Assembly: GCF_006345805.1 (NCBI RefSeq) | Contig: NC_043002.1 | Location: 91,078,001-91,142,000, forward strand | Direction: 5' to 3' | DNA from: Octopus sinensis | Lineage: Eukaryota | Length of the DNA stretch: 64,000 bases | Part shown: piece by piece, positions 14,381 to 27,966 of the stretch | How the letters are laid out: every line of letters starts with the position of its first letter | Position numbering within the stretch: the first letter of the stretch is position 1 | The notes under the pieces: generated by a model | What the model was told of the DNA's origin: nothing | Seen by the model: the letters and a program-made list of their open reading frames with translations, nothing else | The model's database searches: none | Made by a program: the position numbers and the translations under genes

Positions 14381-14504
14381 AATTCTCCCCTGATGAAATA
14401 CTGAATTAACCAGTTTCCATATGAAGATTTTAAATTAAACTAATTTAATTTAATTTCTCTAACTGAATTAATTGGACATGGAAACGGCTGTAGGGATAAG
14501 AATT
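14381..14504 (+). ncRNA. HHR-like fold with a poorly paired stem II
   Basis: UCCC-CUGAUGA ... GAAAC-GGCU-GUA-GGGA; stem I extends by AAUUC/GAAUU. Confidence 0.4.
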
Positions 14505-14583
14505 TCATATTATATTGATTTGAATATTTTTGAATAAACTGGTGTCTATTTGGCATTTTCTTCTTTTTCTCATTCATAAATAT

Positions 14584-14618
<35 letters not shown>

Positions 14619-14721
14619 AATTATAAATAATAAAATACACAGATAAATAAACAAATGGAAGTAAATAACTATATACATAAAAAAATAATAATAATAAAAT
14701 AATAATAATAATAATAATAAC

Positions 14722-14765
<44 letters not shown>

Positions 14766-15013
14766 GTAGGTGTAAACACATGAACAAAATAAAAATAAAC
14801 AAAAACAAAAAACAAATTACACAAACGTATATAAACAGGAGATACAAATATTACAGGCACTTCCCCCACACACACACACTAACTAAACATATACACACAT
14901 AGAGGTATACGCATGCGCAAATGAAGACACATACAATAGGAATACAAAATACAAAATGGCTGACCGTTAGTAAGGAGAGACACACAAATAAGAGAGAAGA
15001 AAGCAAAGGACCA

Positions 15014-15048
15014 CTGATGAGGTCACAGGATGTGACGAAAGAACTCTA
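15014..15048 (+). ncRNA. HHR core with a broken stem I
   Basis: CUGAUGA-G-GUCACA-GGA-UGUGAC-GAAA-GAACUCUA (near-palindromic stem III); PLE-like flank ending in (TA)n. Confidence 0.5.
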
Positions 15049-15162
15049 GCTGAAATAAGATGAATAACGCTGAAGCAAAGTAACACCAAATATATAGTGC
15101 GTGTGTTTTTATTGGCTAAACTGGCAAAATGACCATTCCTAAATACAACAATATATATATAA

Positions 15163-15198
<36 letters not shown>

Positions 15199-15859
15199 CA
15201 TCATCATCATTTAATGTCCGTTTTCTATGCTAGCATGGGTTGGATGGTTCGACCAGGGTCTGGGAAGCCAGGAGGCTGCACCAGGCTCCAGTCAGATCTG
15301 GTAGTGTTTCTACAGCTGGATACCCTTCCTAATGCCAACCATTCTTTGGCTTTCATCCTTTTGGGGTCGATAAATTAAGCACCAGTTGCATACTGGGGTC
15401 AATCTAATTGACTGGCCCCACCCTCTCCAAAAATTTCAAGCCTTGTACCTAGAGTAGAAAAGAATCAATATTGGTTTCAAATTTTGGCACAAGGTCAGCA
15501 AGTTCAGGAGATGGGGGTAAATCGATTACATTGACCCTCCAGTACACAACTGGTACTTAATTTATTGATCCTGAAAAGATGAAAGGCAAAGTCAATCTCA
15601 GCAGAATTTGATGTTCCTCCAACATCGCTTGACATTGATGCTGGTGTGTTTACGTCCCTGTGACTTAGTGGTTCGGCATAAGAGACCGATAGAATAAGTA
15701 CTGGGCTTACAAAGAATATAAGTCCTAGGGTCGATGTGCTCGTTTAAAGGCAGTGCTCCAGCATGGCCACAGTCACATGACTGAATCAAGTAAAAGAGAG
15801 AGTAAAGAGAGTATTATCGTCATCATCATTGTCATCATTGTCATCGTCATAATCGTTAC

Positions 15860-15895
<36 letters not shown>

Positions 15896-16738
15896 ATAAC
15901 ATCTGTTTTCCATGCTGGCATGAGTTGAATGGTTTGACAGAATCCAGTGAGCTTCAGGGCTGTGCCAATGTCAAGTGTCAGCCTTCGCATGCTTTCTATG
16001 GCCGGAGGATCTTCCTAATGCCAATCACCTTAGAGTGTGTACTGAGTGGGTTTTTTTTTATCATGCCACTGGCTCTGGTGGGGGTCACCAAGTAAATTAA
16101 AAAATGCTGCTTCTCATCCTTTCTGGATAAATTTTGTCCTTGATAACCTCTTTCCAGTGCCTTCCTTGCAAATATAGAAATTATTACCAATATTCTCATA
16201 GTTGCTGCTACTGCTGTTAACACTTCTCTTACTGTAATAGTTGCTTTAACAGTAGTGCCTAAATAGATAAAATGCGAAATTAAATTTGCAAATTACAGAT
16301 AATTAAAGGAGATTTGTAGATTCCAACGTGTTCTTTGTCATTTGGTATTAAAATATATTTTATATGCATAACATGTCAAAGCCAACAACTTGTTACTTAA
16401 AACAGATTTTAAAATAATGTTATTCCTTACTTAATTGTCTCATTAATTATGGTGTCAATGTGTGTGTGTGTGATTGTGTGTGTGTGTAGATATGTATGTA
16501 GAGGTAAGTATGTGTTTGTGGTTTTATGAATTCTACTCTATACCTCAAGGTGTATTTATATTGACTTTTTGGGTTTTGTTTTCTGTTTTACTTTGTCTGA
16601 GTTTCACCTAATTGCATTGTTAGTCGTTAGCAGAATCTAAAGTAAGGTGGGATGTTGAAAGATGATCTTCCTATACTGTTTCTATCTTTTCATAGAGAAG
16701 TTTGATATACATGTATATATATATATTCACATATATAT

Positions 16739-16783
<45 letters not shown>

Positions 16784-19605
16784 CATACATGCATGCATAC
16801 ATATATGATTAATATTAGCATCCTGTATGAAAAGCTAGTGTTGAAGTCTCTCTGTAGCTGCTCAACCAGCTGGAAACAGCAGCTAAGTTGCTTTCAAACC
16901 AAACACTAATCTTGAAAAAAAAAGCGGGGGAGATAGTCATGTCTTTGAGTTCCTTTGATGATGTTTCTGACTGATCTGACATAGAACCAAACAAAAACAA
17001 TAATAACAGCAGCAACAACATTGTATGTAACCAGACAACACTGGAACCTTTATGTGGTCACTTGACCTGCTAGAAATAATGGCTAAATCGTCCTCAATTC
17101 ATAAACTTTATAAACAAATAGATTGTATTGAATAATATGGGCTACGTGATAAACTACATGTGAAACAATGCGATGACCATGACTGAATTCATCTTTGGTG
17201 ATAAGTTGTTTTTCTTATCATTTTTGTCCAGGAGCTAAACAATAATAACATTACCATATAAAAGTACAGAGTACTGTTACCTGTAGTTTTGCTGAAATGC
17301 AGAGAAAAATGTTTTGTTAATTTGTTTGTTTTTTTTTTGTTTTTTTTTATTTTCCCTCTATATTTGCAACCTAGTCTGAATATTAATGTATAATCACATT
17401 TTCTATCAGATTAACAACACTAATTTAAAAACTTAGGATTTTAATAAACATATAATTTTAGCCCTTTGGTGCAAAATATACCAAATAGCTGTACTATAGA
17501 TTTTATCTATCTGTAGACAGAAAAAAAAGAGACTAATTTGTACTCTTTTTAAACCTTCACCAGAGAAGGAATAACCCATCTCTGTCTATAGGGAGATTAA
17601 TAACTTACAACTATATATAGTATATACAAATTCAGATGCAGCAAAACTGGTGAGTCTAATTTGCAAAATAGTGCATTCATTTAGAATGTAAATAAATGAA
17701 TAAATAATGCTTTTCTTAGAATTTTAAATATAATTTGAAATACAAGGTCTACTTTCTGTTTTCATAAACATCTTGCTAGGTACAGATGTGACTGTGTGGT
17801 TAGGATGCTTGTTTTCAAACTATACAGTCTTGGCTTCAGTTTCATTGGGCAGCACCTTGGGCAAGTGTTTTCTACTCTAACCCCAAGCTGACCAAAGCAT
17901 TTTACATGGACTTCATAGAACGAAAGTGAAAGTAGCTTGTTGCATATATATATATACATGTGTGCAAGTGTATACATACCTTTGCTTTGACATTGTATAA
18001 TGGTTGTAAACGAGTATCATGTCCATACAAGCATTGTTGCTCCAGCTGGCTACAGAATAATATGTTAGACCATGGGAAATATTACTTTCTTTGGAAACAA
18101 GTGAAGGTTGGTGACAGGGACAGCACCCAGCCATTGAAAAACTGCCTCAACAAATTCCACCTGAGACATGCAAGCATGGGAAAGTGGATGTTATTTGATG
18201 ATGATGGTGGATGTGGTGATGGTGACCATATACCTTCTCTGTGCTTATGCCACAGGTTTTTATCTCTGCATGTGCTGAAAAATGAACTGGATCAACCTAG
18301 TTTCTAGTCTTCTTCGAGCTCCATTCATTGTATGTTTATTAAAAAAGATATATGCCTTGCATTTCAAATTAACCCAAAAATGCTGTGTAGGATATTGAGA
18401 ATTAATTAATAATGTTAATATATAATCAACTTTTGTGTTAGGTTAATGATGACAATCAACTCAATTCACAATGAAAATGTCAATAAAAATAAATAGATAA
18501 ACAAACAAAATAAATAGATAAACGAAAGACAAATTACAAAATGAAAATTGAAGAAATCAGAAGACATCTGTAGAACATTAAAGGTCTAATGCAATAATTG
18601 ATGACTATATGTTGATAGATGAGCATTGAGTGTATTAATGAATATATTTATTGATAGATGCTTATTGACTGCATTAATGAATATATATATTGATAGGCAA
18701 TTATTGACTGTCTTCTGTCTTCATAACTTCAGTGTACTTGTTACTGTGTAGTTGTTGTTGTTGTTGTTGTTGTTGTTGTTGCTGTTGCTGTTGTTACCAT
18801 CACCCATCATTATTGCTGTTGTTATTCTATTGTTTATTTGTGGTCCTTTGTAAATTAGCTGCAAATAAAAGTTTTCAAATGACTGTTCTATCACCATCAC
18901 CACCACCACCACGACTACCATCATCATGATCTTCTCTCTTCTTCTCTTTCTCTGCCGTGACTTTAATAATTACAACCTTCTGAATCTGTAAATTCATTTA
19001 AATAATTCTGTAATTAGAAAGTGGCAAAATAGAAGGACAAAGAAAAAGAGCAAGAAATAAAATATGGTAGAATGCATTTCATATTGTTTCTGATTAATTT
19101 ATGAAGATTGAATAAAATTTAGTAAGAATTGTTAATATTCCAAAATGTTTTGTGAATTAATAAAAGGAATGTTATGTGGATTTAATCATTAGAGAAGAGG
19201 ACAGAATTTAAAAATACAAAAACTAAAATGCTATGCAAGATATACTGTTATGCTTCAAGATTCTTAATTAAAAATTGTGCCAATTAACTCAGCTTTCATC
19301 TTTTCAGATGTTAAAAAAAGATAGTTATGGTATGGCATCACCTAAATTTATTTATGTACTAAAACTGAAGAGGCAGACAAATGTGTAGAGTAAGAAATGT
19401 TATGAAGCTTTTCTTAGCTACCGTTTGACATTTTCAAATGAAGATAATCAAATTCTGATAAGTCTTGTCTCTGATGAAACTAATTAGTGCAGTCTTAATT
19501 CAACTCAACTGAAATCCCTGTGATCTATGTACCAGATGTATTTTCACTGTAAGGTGAAATACATATATTCATTAGACATGTGGATATGACATACTACATG
19601 AAAAT

Positions 19606-20141
19606 TTAAATTGCTGGCCTTGTGTTAGAAAGCATAGTGAAAACTCAGTTTTATGAATGCCTTTCATCACAAACAAATTGGATTATGAACAATTTTTCGA
19701 ACATAAAGTGCTTCAGGTGATGAATGGTGTCTCAAGTAACTAAGATGCAAGCTAGAAACAACAGTCTTATAATAATAAGTTTTGACCTGACTATCAAATA
19801 TACTGAGAAACATCATTTTATGAATTCAATTCATTCCTGAAAGCCATTCATCACCTAAAATGTTTGTAAACCAAAACTATTTTTACCATAAGAAATCTGA
19901 GAAAAGACACAGCAGGGATGTGTGTTGAGCAAAAGCTAGGCAGCAACTGGTGCTTTCCCACTGATATTCCTTGCTTGTCACAGACTGTTGTTTCTAGCTT
20001 GCGTCTTAGTTACTTGAGACACCATTCGTCACCTGAAGCACTTTATGTTCGAAAAATTGCTCATAATCCAATGTTTGTGATGAAAGGCATTCACAAAACT
20101 GAGTTTTCACTATGCTTTCTAACACAAGGCCAGCAATTTAA
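19606..20141. repeat. About 160-bp inverted duplication (19606-19767 / 19982-20141), 214-bp spacer
   Basis: Arms align with only a few transitions and small indels. Confidence 0.85.
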
Positions 20142-20634
20142 GGCTTAAGGAAAAAGTCTGTTATATCAACTCCAGTATTTGACTGGTACTTTATTTTATG
20201 TATCTTGAAAAGATGAAAGGCAAAATGGACCTTGGCAGGATTTGAGCTCAGAGCGTAAGGAGTCGTGTGAAATACCACCAGGCATTTTTTTCAGCATGTT
20301 TATGATTCTGCCAACTCACCACCCTGCCTGACCATCAAATATAAAATGTAATTAAAATATTCTTTACTTGCTGTTAAATTTTATAAGTATGTTAGACTGA
20401 AAATATTTAGAACATCCCTCTTTATACGTAGATGTGTGGATAAGGATTTTGTTTTGTAGCTTTGTGGTCTTGAGTTCAATCTCGCTGCATGACATCTTCC
20501 GCAGGTATCTTCTAGAATAGCATCTGGCTGAAAAATACCTTGTGTACAAAGCTGGAATATAGAAACTGTATGGAAGCTCATTGTATGTGTATATATGTGT
20601 GTATACTCCTCCCCCCATTTTATGCATATGTCAG

Positions 20635-20855
20635 TGAATATTGGTTTCAAATTTTAGCACAAGGCCAGCAATTTTGGAGTAATGTTAATTACATTGACCC
20701 CAGTGTTCAACTGGTGCTTATTTCATCGACCCTGAAAGAATGAAAGGCTAAATCAACCCCTATGGCATTTGAACTCTGAATATAACGGTGGACAACATGC
20801 TGCAAAGCATTTTACCCAACGTGCAAACAATTCTGCCAGCTCACATGTTTTCTTC
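20635..20855 (-). mobile_element. S2 SINE, tail variant c (ctggccttgtgctaaaatttgaaacc)
   Basis: CpG-decayed S2 homology. Confidence 0.7.
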
Positions 20856-20993
20856 ATTAAAATGATGGCAGCAAAAACACTGGCATTTTGACATTCCCTG
20901 CCAACAAACCATCCTCTCTTTAAATTTTTAATCACTTTATTTACCACACTGTTGTCAACTTAAATTGCTTGTTCCCCTGTATGGTCAGCATGC

Positions 20994-21033
<40 letters not shown>

Positions 21034-21302
21034 GTATGAAGTATGTGTAATATGTAAAGTGAGTGTTATGCATTGCCTTGACATTACATGATAGTTGTAA
21101 ACAAGCATCATTGTCTTGGAAGTAGTGTCATTCTTTTTCAGTCTTGTCTGGCTTTGAGAAAATGTTATCTTACCTGAAACAGGTAAATGTTGGTGACAGA
21201 AAGGACATCTGACACATAGAAAATTTGCTTCAAGAAATTCTGCCTGCTCCATACAAGCATGAGGTAGTGAACATCAAAATGATGATGATGCTTATGATGA
21301 TG

Positions 21303-21348
<46 letters not shown>

Positions 21349-21545
21349 AGTAGTTGAATGAATTATCTTATTATGGATAATTTGGTTAACCGATACCTGG
21401 GTAGCAAATTCACGTCAGAAAAACATGGTTGAAGCTACATGCCTAGGGCAGAGATCACGTGCTATTGTGTGGAAATTTGTGTGTTTTTTTAAATACAAAT
21501 AAATGAAAGAATGGAGTTGAACGATGAATTAACAAAATTCCTTTA

Positions 21546-21628
21546 TTTTCGACATATGTTTCGAAGGCTGCATATTCCTAATTTCGAAGGAATAAGGGGT
21601 GCATTATGTCACCTTCTTATCAGGAAAA
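21546..21628 (-). ncRNA. Type I HHR with G8A
   Basis: UUUUC-CUGAUAA-GAAGG...CCUUC-GAAAC-AUAU-GUC-GAAAA: 5-bp stems I and II and a palindromic stem III, ACAUAUGU. Confidence 0.65.
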
Positions 21629-21649
21629 ACAAGGAACTTATGTCAGGAA

Positions 21650-21697
<48 letters not shown>

Positions 21698-21866
21698 ATT
21701 AGAAGGTTTGGAGGTGATGTACAGGTATTATATATTAGTAGAATCTCCAGATTTGGAGATTCTACTAGAGTAGATGCAAGCGCTAATATATGATTTAGAA
21801 AAACATGTGACATATTAATAAAAATCTGTAAATGTTCAACCATCCACACTTCTGAGTATCTTATTT

Positions 21867-21906
<40 letters not shown>

Positions 21907-22659
21907 AGAGTAAGATTCAGGGGTCCAAGTGCAGGAAATTTGTAAACTTCAAGCACTCCATGGAATTCACCTCCCCACTGAAAATTGCTGGCCTTGTGCC
22001 AAAATTTGAAACTAATATTGCTAGTATCTTTAAGTTTATGGGCTATGTATCCATGCATAACTTTCTACTTAAATGATGCATGTTTCACTTTCAAGTTTCT
22101 GTTTCAAGTAGGTTAGCCCAGCTACCTTTGGGTCACATGTTGCAGCAGCATACTCAGAGTACCTTTTCAAGAGTTCTTCACCTACACATGTCTCTGAGCA
22201 TGCACATTGTTCTTGATTTATGAAAAACAATTTTTCAGCAATAAAGAAAGAGCTGGCTTCTAACACAGAAACAAAACTCTCTTATTGATATTTAGACAGC
22301 ATCAACTTAGCAGTCATTGCATTTGTGGATCTGTGTGTGTGTGTCTATGTGAATTTATTCACACATCAGCTTGATTCTTCTCAATAAGTTAACACACATA
22401 ACACACATCATTGCTATCTTCTCTAGTTTCAGTTTTTACATTTGGCTGCCAAATTTAATTATAAATGGTATTTCTAAAACAAACATCAGAGGAGTTTGCT
22501 CTCTTCTCACCAGTTATATTGTTGCTTGGTCTGGAACTGCTTTCAGCCAATTCTATATTTCCTGAGGCACCCTGCATATTTTAATAACGTGCATCCATGC
22601 AACACAATAACTACTTGTTATTGTCCATATACAATAATTCAGAAGTGGTAGTGATAAAA

Positions 22660-22865
22660 AGATAGTGATAATGGCAATGATGATGGATGCAGTAGAGATG
22701 TTTGTAATAGTGATGGTGGTAGTAGTGGTGGTGGTGGTAGTAGTAGTGTTATTATAATGATGTTTCAAACGGTTGCTTTGACATTATAGCAGCAATGGCA
22801 AGATGTGGGGACAGTTGTCATGGTTTTGTATAACAAAATATCGATGTGTAGTAGTAATAGTGGTG

Positions 22866-22935
<70 letters not shown>

Positions 22936-23090
22936 TAATGGTGGTGGTGGTGGCGGCGGCGGCGGTGGTGGTGATGGTGGTGCTGGTGGCAATCTTGTCA
23001 ATGGTGTGAATGGCTGTGGGGGTGGTGATGGTCACAATTGTAGTGGTGGTGGTGGTGGTGGTGGTGGTGGTGGTTTTGGTGATGATGACA
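22660..23090. repeat. GTA/GGT/GAT trinucleotide mosaic
   Basis: Directly visible. Confidence 0.85.
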
Positions 23091-23379
23091 GCAGCGTCGT
23101 TAGAAATGGTTCAGAGTAGTAAAAGCATTCCTGATAACAAATTAGTAGTCAAGGTGACATTGGTGCAAGATGCACATAATGATTGCTGCCCACATGGCTC
23201 CACTGATGCTGGTAACAAAGACAATCTCTGTCTGTCTGTCTGGAAGAAGACAAGTTTGTAAGATGCTTGCTTTCAAAGTGCAATGTTACATGGTAAAAGA
23301 AAACGAGTACTGAATGCTGAAGATGTTGTGATACTAGAAAGAAACAAAGTGAATATAGGGAGTGAATATATGTTCTATT

Positions 23380-23930
23380 AGGGAGTGTCGAGCTTATGAT
23401 CGTGAGGTTGTGAGCTCAAATCCCGGACCGGGCTGCGTGTTGTGTTCTTGAGCAAGACACTTTATTTCACGTTGCTCCAGTTAACTCAGCTGTAGAAATG
23501 AGTTGCGATGTCATGGGTGCCAAGCTGTATCGGCTGCTGCCTTTCCCTTGGATAACACTGGTGGCGTGGAGAGAGGAAGCCGGTATGCATGGGCGGCAAG
23601 CTGACAGAAACGTTAGCACACCGGGCGAAATGCTTACCGATATTTTGTCTGCCACTGTGTTCTGAGTTCAAATTCCGCCGAGGTCGACTTTGCCTTTCAT
23701 CCTTTCGGGGTCGATTAAATAAGTACCAGTTACGCACTGGGGTCAATATAATCGACTTAATCCGTTTGTCTGTCCTTGTTCGTCCCCTCTGTGTTTAGCC
23801 CCTTGTGGGTAGTAAAGAAATAGGTATGCATGGGCGACTGCTGGTCTTCCATAAACCACCTTGCCCAGACTTGTGACTGGGAGGGTAACTTTCTAGGTGC
23901 AATCCCATGGTCAGTGTCGTGACTGAAGGG
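23380..23930 (+). mobile_element. S4 SINE containing a nested young S2 SINE (23596-23822)
   Basis: 14-bp TSD ggtatgcatgggcg at 23582-23595 and 23823-23836. Confidence 0.85.
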
Positions 23931-24220
23931 GGTCCCAATATTAGGGAGATCCAATGAGGATACTAATTGTAGCAGTGGAGTTATCACACATGAGCAACAA
24001 TGAGTTACTGCTACTTTTGTAGACTGAAATACTTGGAAGTAGAAGTATGAGCAGGATCAGTTAGGATTTCTAGTCCCTTACATGGATATTTCCCTTGGTG
24101 AGGTGATGTATAAATGAAATTATTATCTTCATTGATCACCAAAGCGTAAATATGATGACCTTAGGCATTTTTTGTTTTGTTTTCTTCCTTATTTCTTACT
24201 CTTTTTCTTGTTTTGTTTAC

Positions 24221-24386
24221 ATAGGCGCAGGAGTGGCTGTGTGGTAAGTAGCTTGCTAACCAGCCACATGGTTCCGGGTTCAGTCCCACTTCATGGCATC
24301 TTGGGCAAGTGTCTTCTGCTATAGCCCTGGGCCGACCAATGCCTTGTGAGTGGATTTGGTAGACGGAAACTGAAAGAAGCCTGTCG

Positions 24387-24417
<31 letters not shown>

Positions 24418-24556
24418 TTGTGTGTCTGTGTTTGTCCCCCTAGCATTGCTTGACAACCGATGCTAGGTGTGTTTATGTCCCCGTCACTTAGCGGTTCGGC
24501 AAAAGAGACCGATAGAATAAGTACTGGGCTTACAAAGAATAAGTCCCGGGGTCGAT
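24221..24556 (+). mobile_element. S1 SINE, full length
   Basis: Head ataggcgcaggagtggctg through the tail. Confidence 0.85.
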
Positions 24557-24825
24557 TTGCTCGACTAAAGGCAGTGCTCCAGCATGGCCGCAGTCAAATT
24601 ACTGAAACAAGTAAAAAAAAAATTTTTTTTTTAAATAGGGAAATAAAGTTTGCGTTGCATTAATACCACCACTTGTTCTTAATTTGTTTGAGCATGCTTA
24701 ATTCCAATCTGGGATTAGTTTTTACTTTGTAAGCTCTAGATTTTATGCAATTCAAAATACTCTTTTTTCTCTAAATTTGGTCACGTCGTGGCAACATGGT
24801 CCATCTGAAAAATTTATGGCCATAC

Positions 24826-25240
24826 AGGCACAGGAGTGGGCTGTGTGGTAAGTAGCTTGCTAACCAACCACATGGTTCCAGGTTGAGTCCAACTTCATGG
24901 CGCCTTTGGCAAGTTCCTTCTACTATAGCCTCGGGCCGACCAAAGCCTTGTGAGTGGATTTGGTAGACAGAAACTGAAAGAAGCCCGTCGTATATATATA
25001 CATATATATGTGTGTGTGTGTGTGTATGTGTGTGTGTGTGTGTGTGTATGTTTGAGTGTGTGTGTCCCCCAACATCACTTGACATTAATGCTGGTGTGTT
25101 TATGTCCCCGTAACTTAGTGATTTGGCATAAGAGACTGATAGAGTAAGTACTAGGCTTACAAAGAATAAGTCCTGGGGTCGATATGCTCGACTAAAGGTA
25201 GTACTCCAGCATGGCCACAGTCAAAATTACTGAAACGAAT
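24826..25240 (+). mobile_element. S1 SINE, full length
   Basis: Homology to the other S1 copies. Confidence 0.8.
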
Positions 25241-25940
25241 AAAGGAATACAGTCCACCTCATACATACATACATACATACATACATACATACATACATAA
25301 TACATACATACATATGTATATATGAAGGTGCATGACTTAGTAGTTGCACTCATGACTGCGAGATCGTGGTTTCAATTCCCAGACCAGGCACTGCATTGTG
25401 TTCTTGAGCAAAACACTTGATTTTACATTGCTCTGCGATCATTTTGTCATCTGACGTGTTACACATGGTGCACCTGTACAGGTAATGTTGTTTTGATGGA
25501 GGGAGTGAGCTTACGTAAACACAAATGTTTGATCACTATAAGCAATTCATCTGTGTGGGCTAATGATGGGAGAGTCCATTGTGTGTGTGTGTGTGCATGC
25601 GTGTATACTGATTCACTGGTCAAAAAAGTTTTTGTTGCATTGATATCAACACTTGGTATTACCTAATTTGACTACATACATTTCAGATTTGAAGTCGGTT
25701 ATTTCCTAAATGCTCTAATCTTTTTTGCAGTCAAGGCATTTCAAAATCTCAAAATTTTGTCTTCATCGCATTGACATCATAGACTATAAGGAGAAATATG
25801 TGATTAAACTCTCTTTAAATTAGCTGGGTAATAAAAAGAAAAATGCAAGATAGAATAAATTTATTCAAGAATATAATTTAAAATGCTTTCCCTAAAAAGT
25901 AAAGGTTATGGTTTATATAAAACTGATTGATAAATAAGAC

Positions 25941-26326
25941 ATTAGTTACTACAAGTAAAACGCCACCCCCCTCATCCAATGGACGGTGCTGAGTTGTCAA
26001 ACATTTAAACCAAATTTTCTCAAAACAGCTTGTCCGACCGTCCTATAGGCCTCCCTTTTGAGAAACACTGATTTAACCTCAGTCTGAGACACCAACAAAA
26101 GAAGAAATAAAGATAGACTTTTTTTCTATTCCAAAGAAAAACGATTTCCCATGGCTTTATCGATTGCATTCTCACCTGGAATCAATTTTTGTAATTTTTT
26201 TCAAGACTTATACACGCCCTGATACCATCGGTGTCTACATATCAAACTTGAGTGCAATCGGATGGAGGATGCCCGAGATCCTAGAAGCTACAAACATACA
26301 CACAGAACGGATTTTATATAAGAGAT
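25941..26326 (-). mobile_element. Non-autonomous Helitron/DINE-1-like element
   Basis: Minus-strand start ATCTCTTATATAAAA followed by a short TG-rich tract; 3' end degenerate (CTAA|T). Confidence 0.5.
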
Positions 26327-26327
26327 G

Positions 26328-26741
26328 AGTAGGCAAAGCTCAGTTGCAGTCTATTTATGCAGGAATTTGCGCTTGAAGCTCTCAGGTTCTAGGTTGTAGT
26401 TTCCAGCTCAGAATTTCTGGAACCACTGTTGACACTGGCTTAAGCTTATTGTCCAATCCCCATATACTGCATTAATATTCCTTACACTTTCCATTGCATT
26501 GTTACCTTTATTGAACTCATGAAGCAAAATATGCTGAATATGCTCCTTTGTCACTTCCATTATAGTTTTGAGAAAGTAACTGTTAAAATCGACCTGCACT
26601 CTTCAAAACTTACACTAAGAATAAGTACAAGGTAAATTACTTCCTGATTTTATGACAAGTTGATGCAGGTAGTTTATCCCATCCCTGTCCAAATTTAGTT
26701 CATGCAATTGAAACAGCCACATTATTTATGGGATGACCCAA
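26328..26741 (-). mobile_element. Truncated mariner (5' TIR and N-terminal HTH)
   Basis: TA|TTGGGTCATCCCATAAATAAT terminus; MEVTKEHIQHILLHEFNKGNNAMESVRNINAVYG...QCQQWFQKF*. Confidence 0.85.
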
Positions 26742-26874
26742 TAAAAACTATAGCTTGCTAGTCACTACAACTGTCTGAGCATACAGGGTCATTGAGGTCA
26801 GACCCTACCAAGTCTAAAGAGTGGGACCAGAATGCACAAAATGACTCTCATTTTAAAATTTAATAAGTGAGGTA

Positions 26875-27260
26875 AGAACTACTGTGTGGTAAGAACTATG
26901 CTTCCAGTCACATGGTTCTGGGTTCAGTCCCACCACGGGTCACTGGAATAACTGTCTTGTACTAAAGCCTTGAGCTGACCAAAGCCATGTGTGTGGATTT
27001 AGGAGACAGAAACTGAAAGAAGCCTTTGTGTGTGTGTGTGTGTGTGTCTTTGTGTCTCTGTGTCTTTGTGTCTCTGTGTCTTTGTGTCTCTGTTTGTCCC
27101 ACCACCATCACTTGTCAACCGGTGATGGTGTGCCTATGTCACTATGACTTAGTGGTTCAGAAAAGAAGATCAATAAAATGAGGATCAGGCTTAAAGAAAA
27201 TCAGAACTGGGGTCAATTCATTTGACTAAAATTCTTCAAGACGATGCTGAAACTAGTAAA
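26875..27260 (+). mobile_element. Degenerate S1 SINE
   Basis: S1 homology. Confidence 0.7.
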
Positions 27261-27500
27261 AAAAATAAAATACATGTGTGTGTGTGTGTGAGTGTGTGTG
27301 TGTGTGTGTGAGTGTGTGTGTGTGCATGTGTGTGTGGGTGTATGTATTGATATAAATGTATTTCATGAGTTGTCAAAATTCTCATTGTATTTACTGCAAC
27401 CTGATCTGAAATTTATAGTTCTACTATAACTTGATAGTCAGTTATTAACCAGTTTTTAAAGACCAAGTGTTTTACTTTTCTTTTCAGTTTCAGTTTTTAT

Positions 27501-27531
<31 letters not shown>

Positions 27532-27884
27532 TTGAGATTATAGACATACGTGGATGTTGTATTGCAGATTGACTTTGACGCCATGATAATATCAGTTATT
27601 AGTTGAATAATGTTGGTCACTTTCAGTTTACGTTATTCCACATCTTTTCATAACAGACTTTCATTTTATTATATCCAGTTGATTCTTACTTTTTCTCTCT
27701 GGTCTCTCCATATATATTTAGACATCTAAAATGACAGCAATAACTTTATTACAGACATATGTGATATTTATCACAAACTGGGGGTGGACAGTTTCATCAT
27801 TCAACAATTCTGTACCCCTATCTATTTACCTTTAAATATTTTATAGCGTATTTTTTCACATTCCCATTCACAATATGATTGATT

Positions 27885-27966
<82 letters not shown>

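Noticed and set aside
19716-19767. GUGAUGA...GAAAC-AACA-GUC within the inverted duplication
   Set aside because: G3 with G8 cannot pair, there is a 6-nt gap before GAAA, and there is no stem I.
22069-22266. Minus-strand 65-aa ORF with a possible AG/GT-bounded exon
   Set aside because: No recognisable homology and no partner exons.
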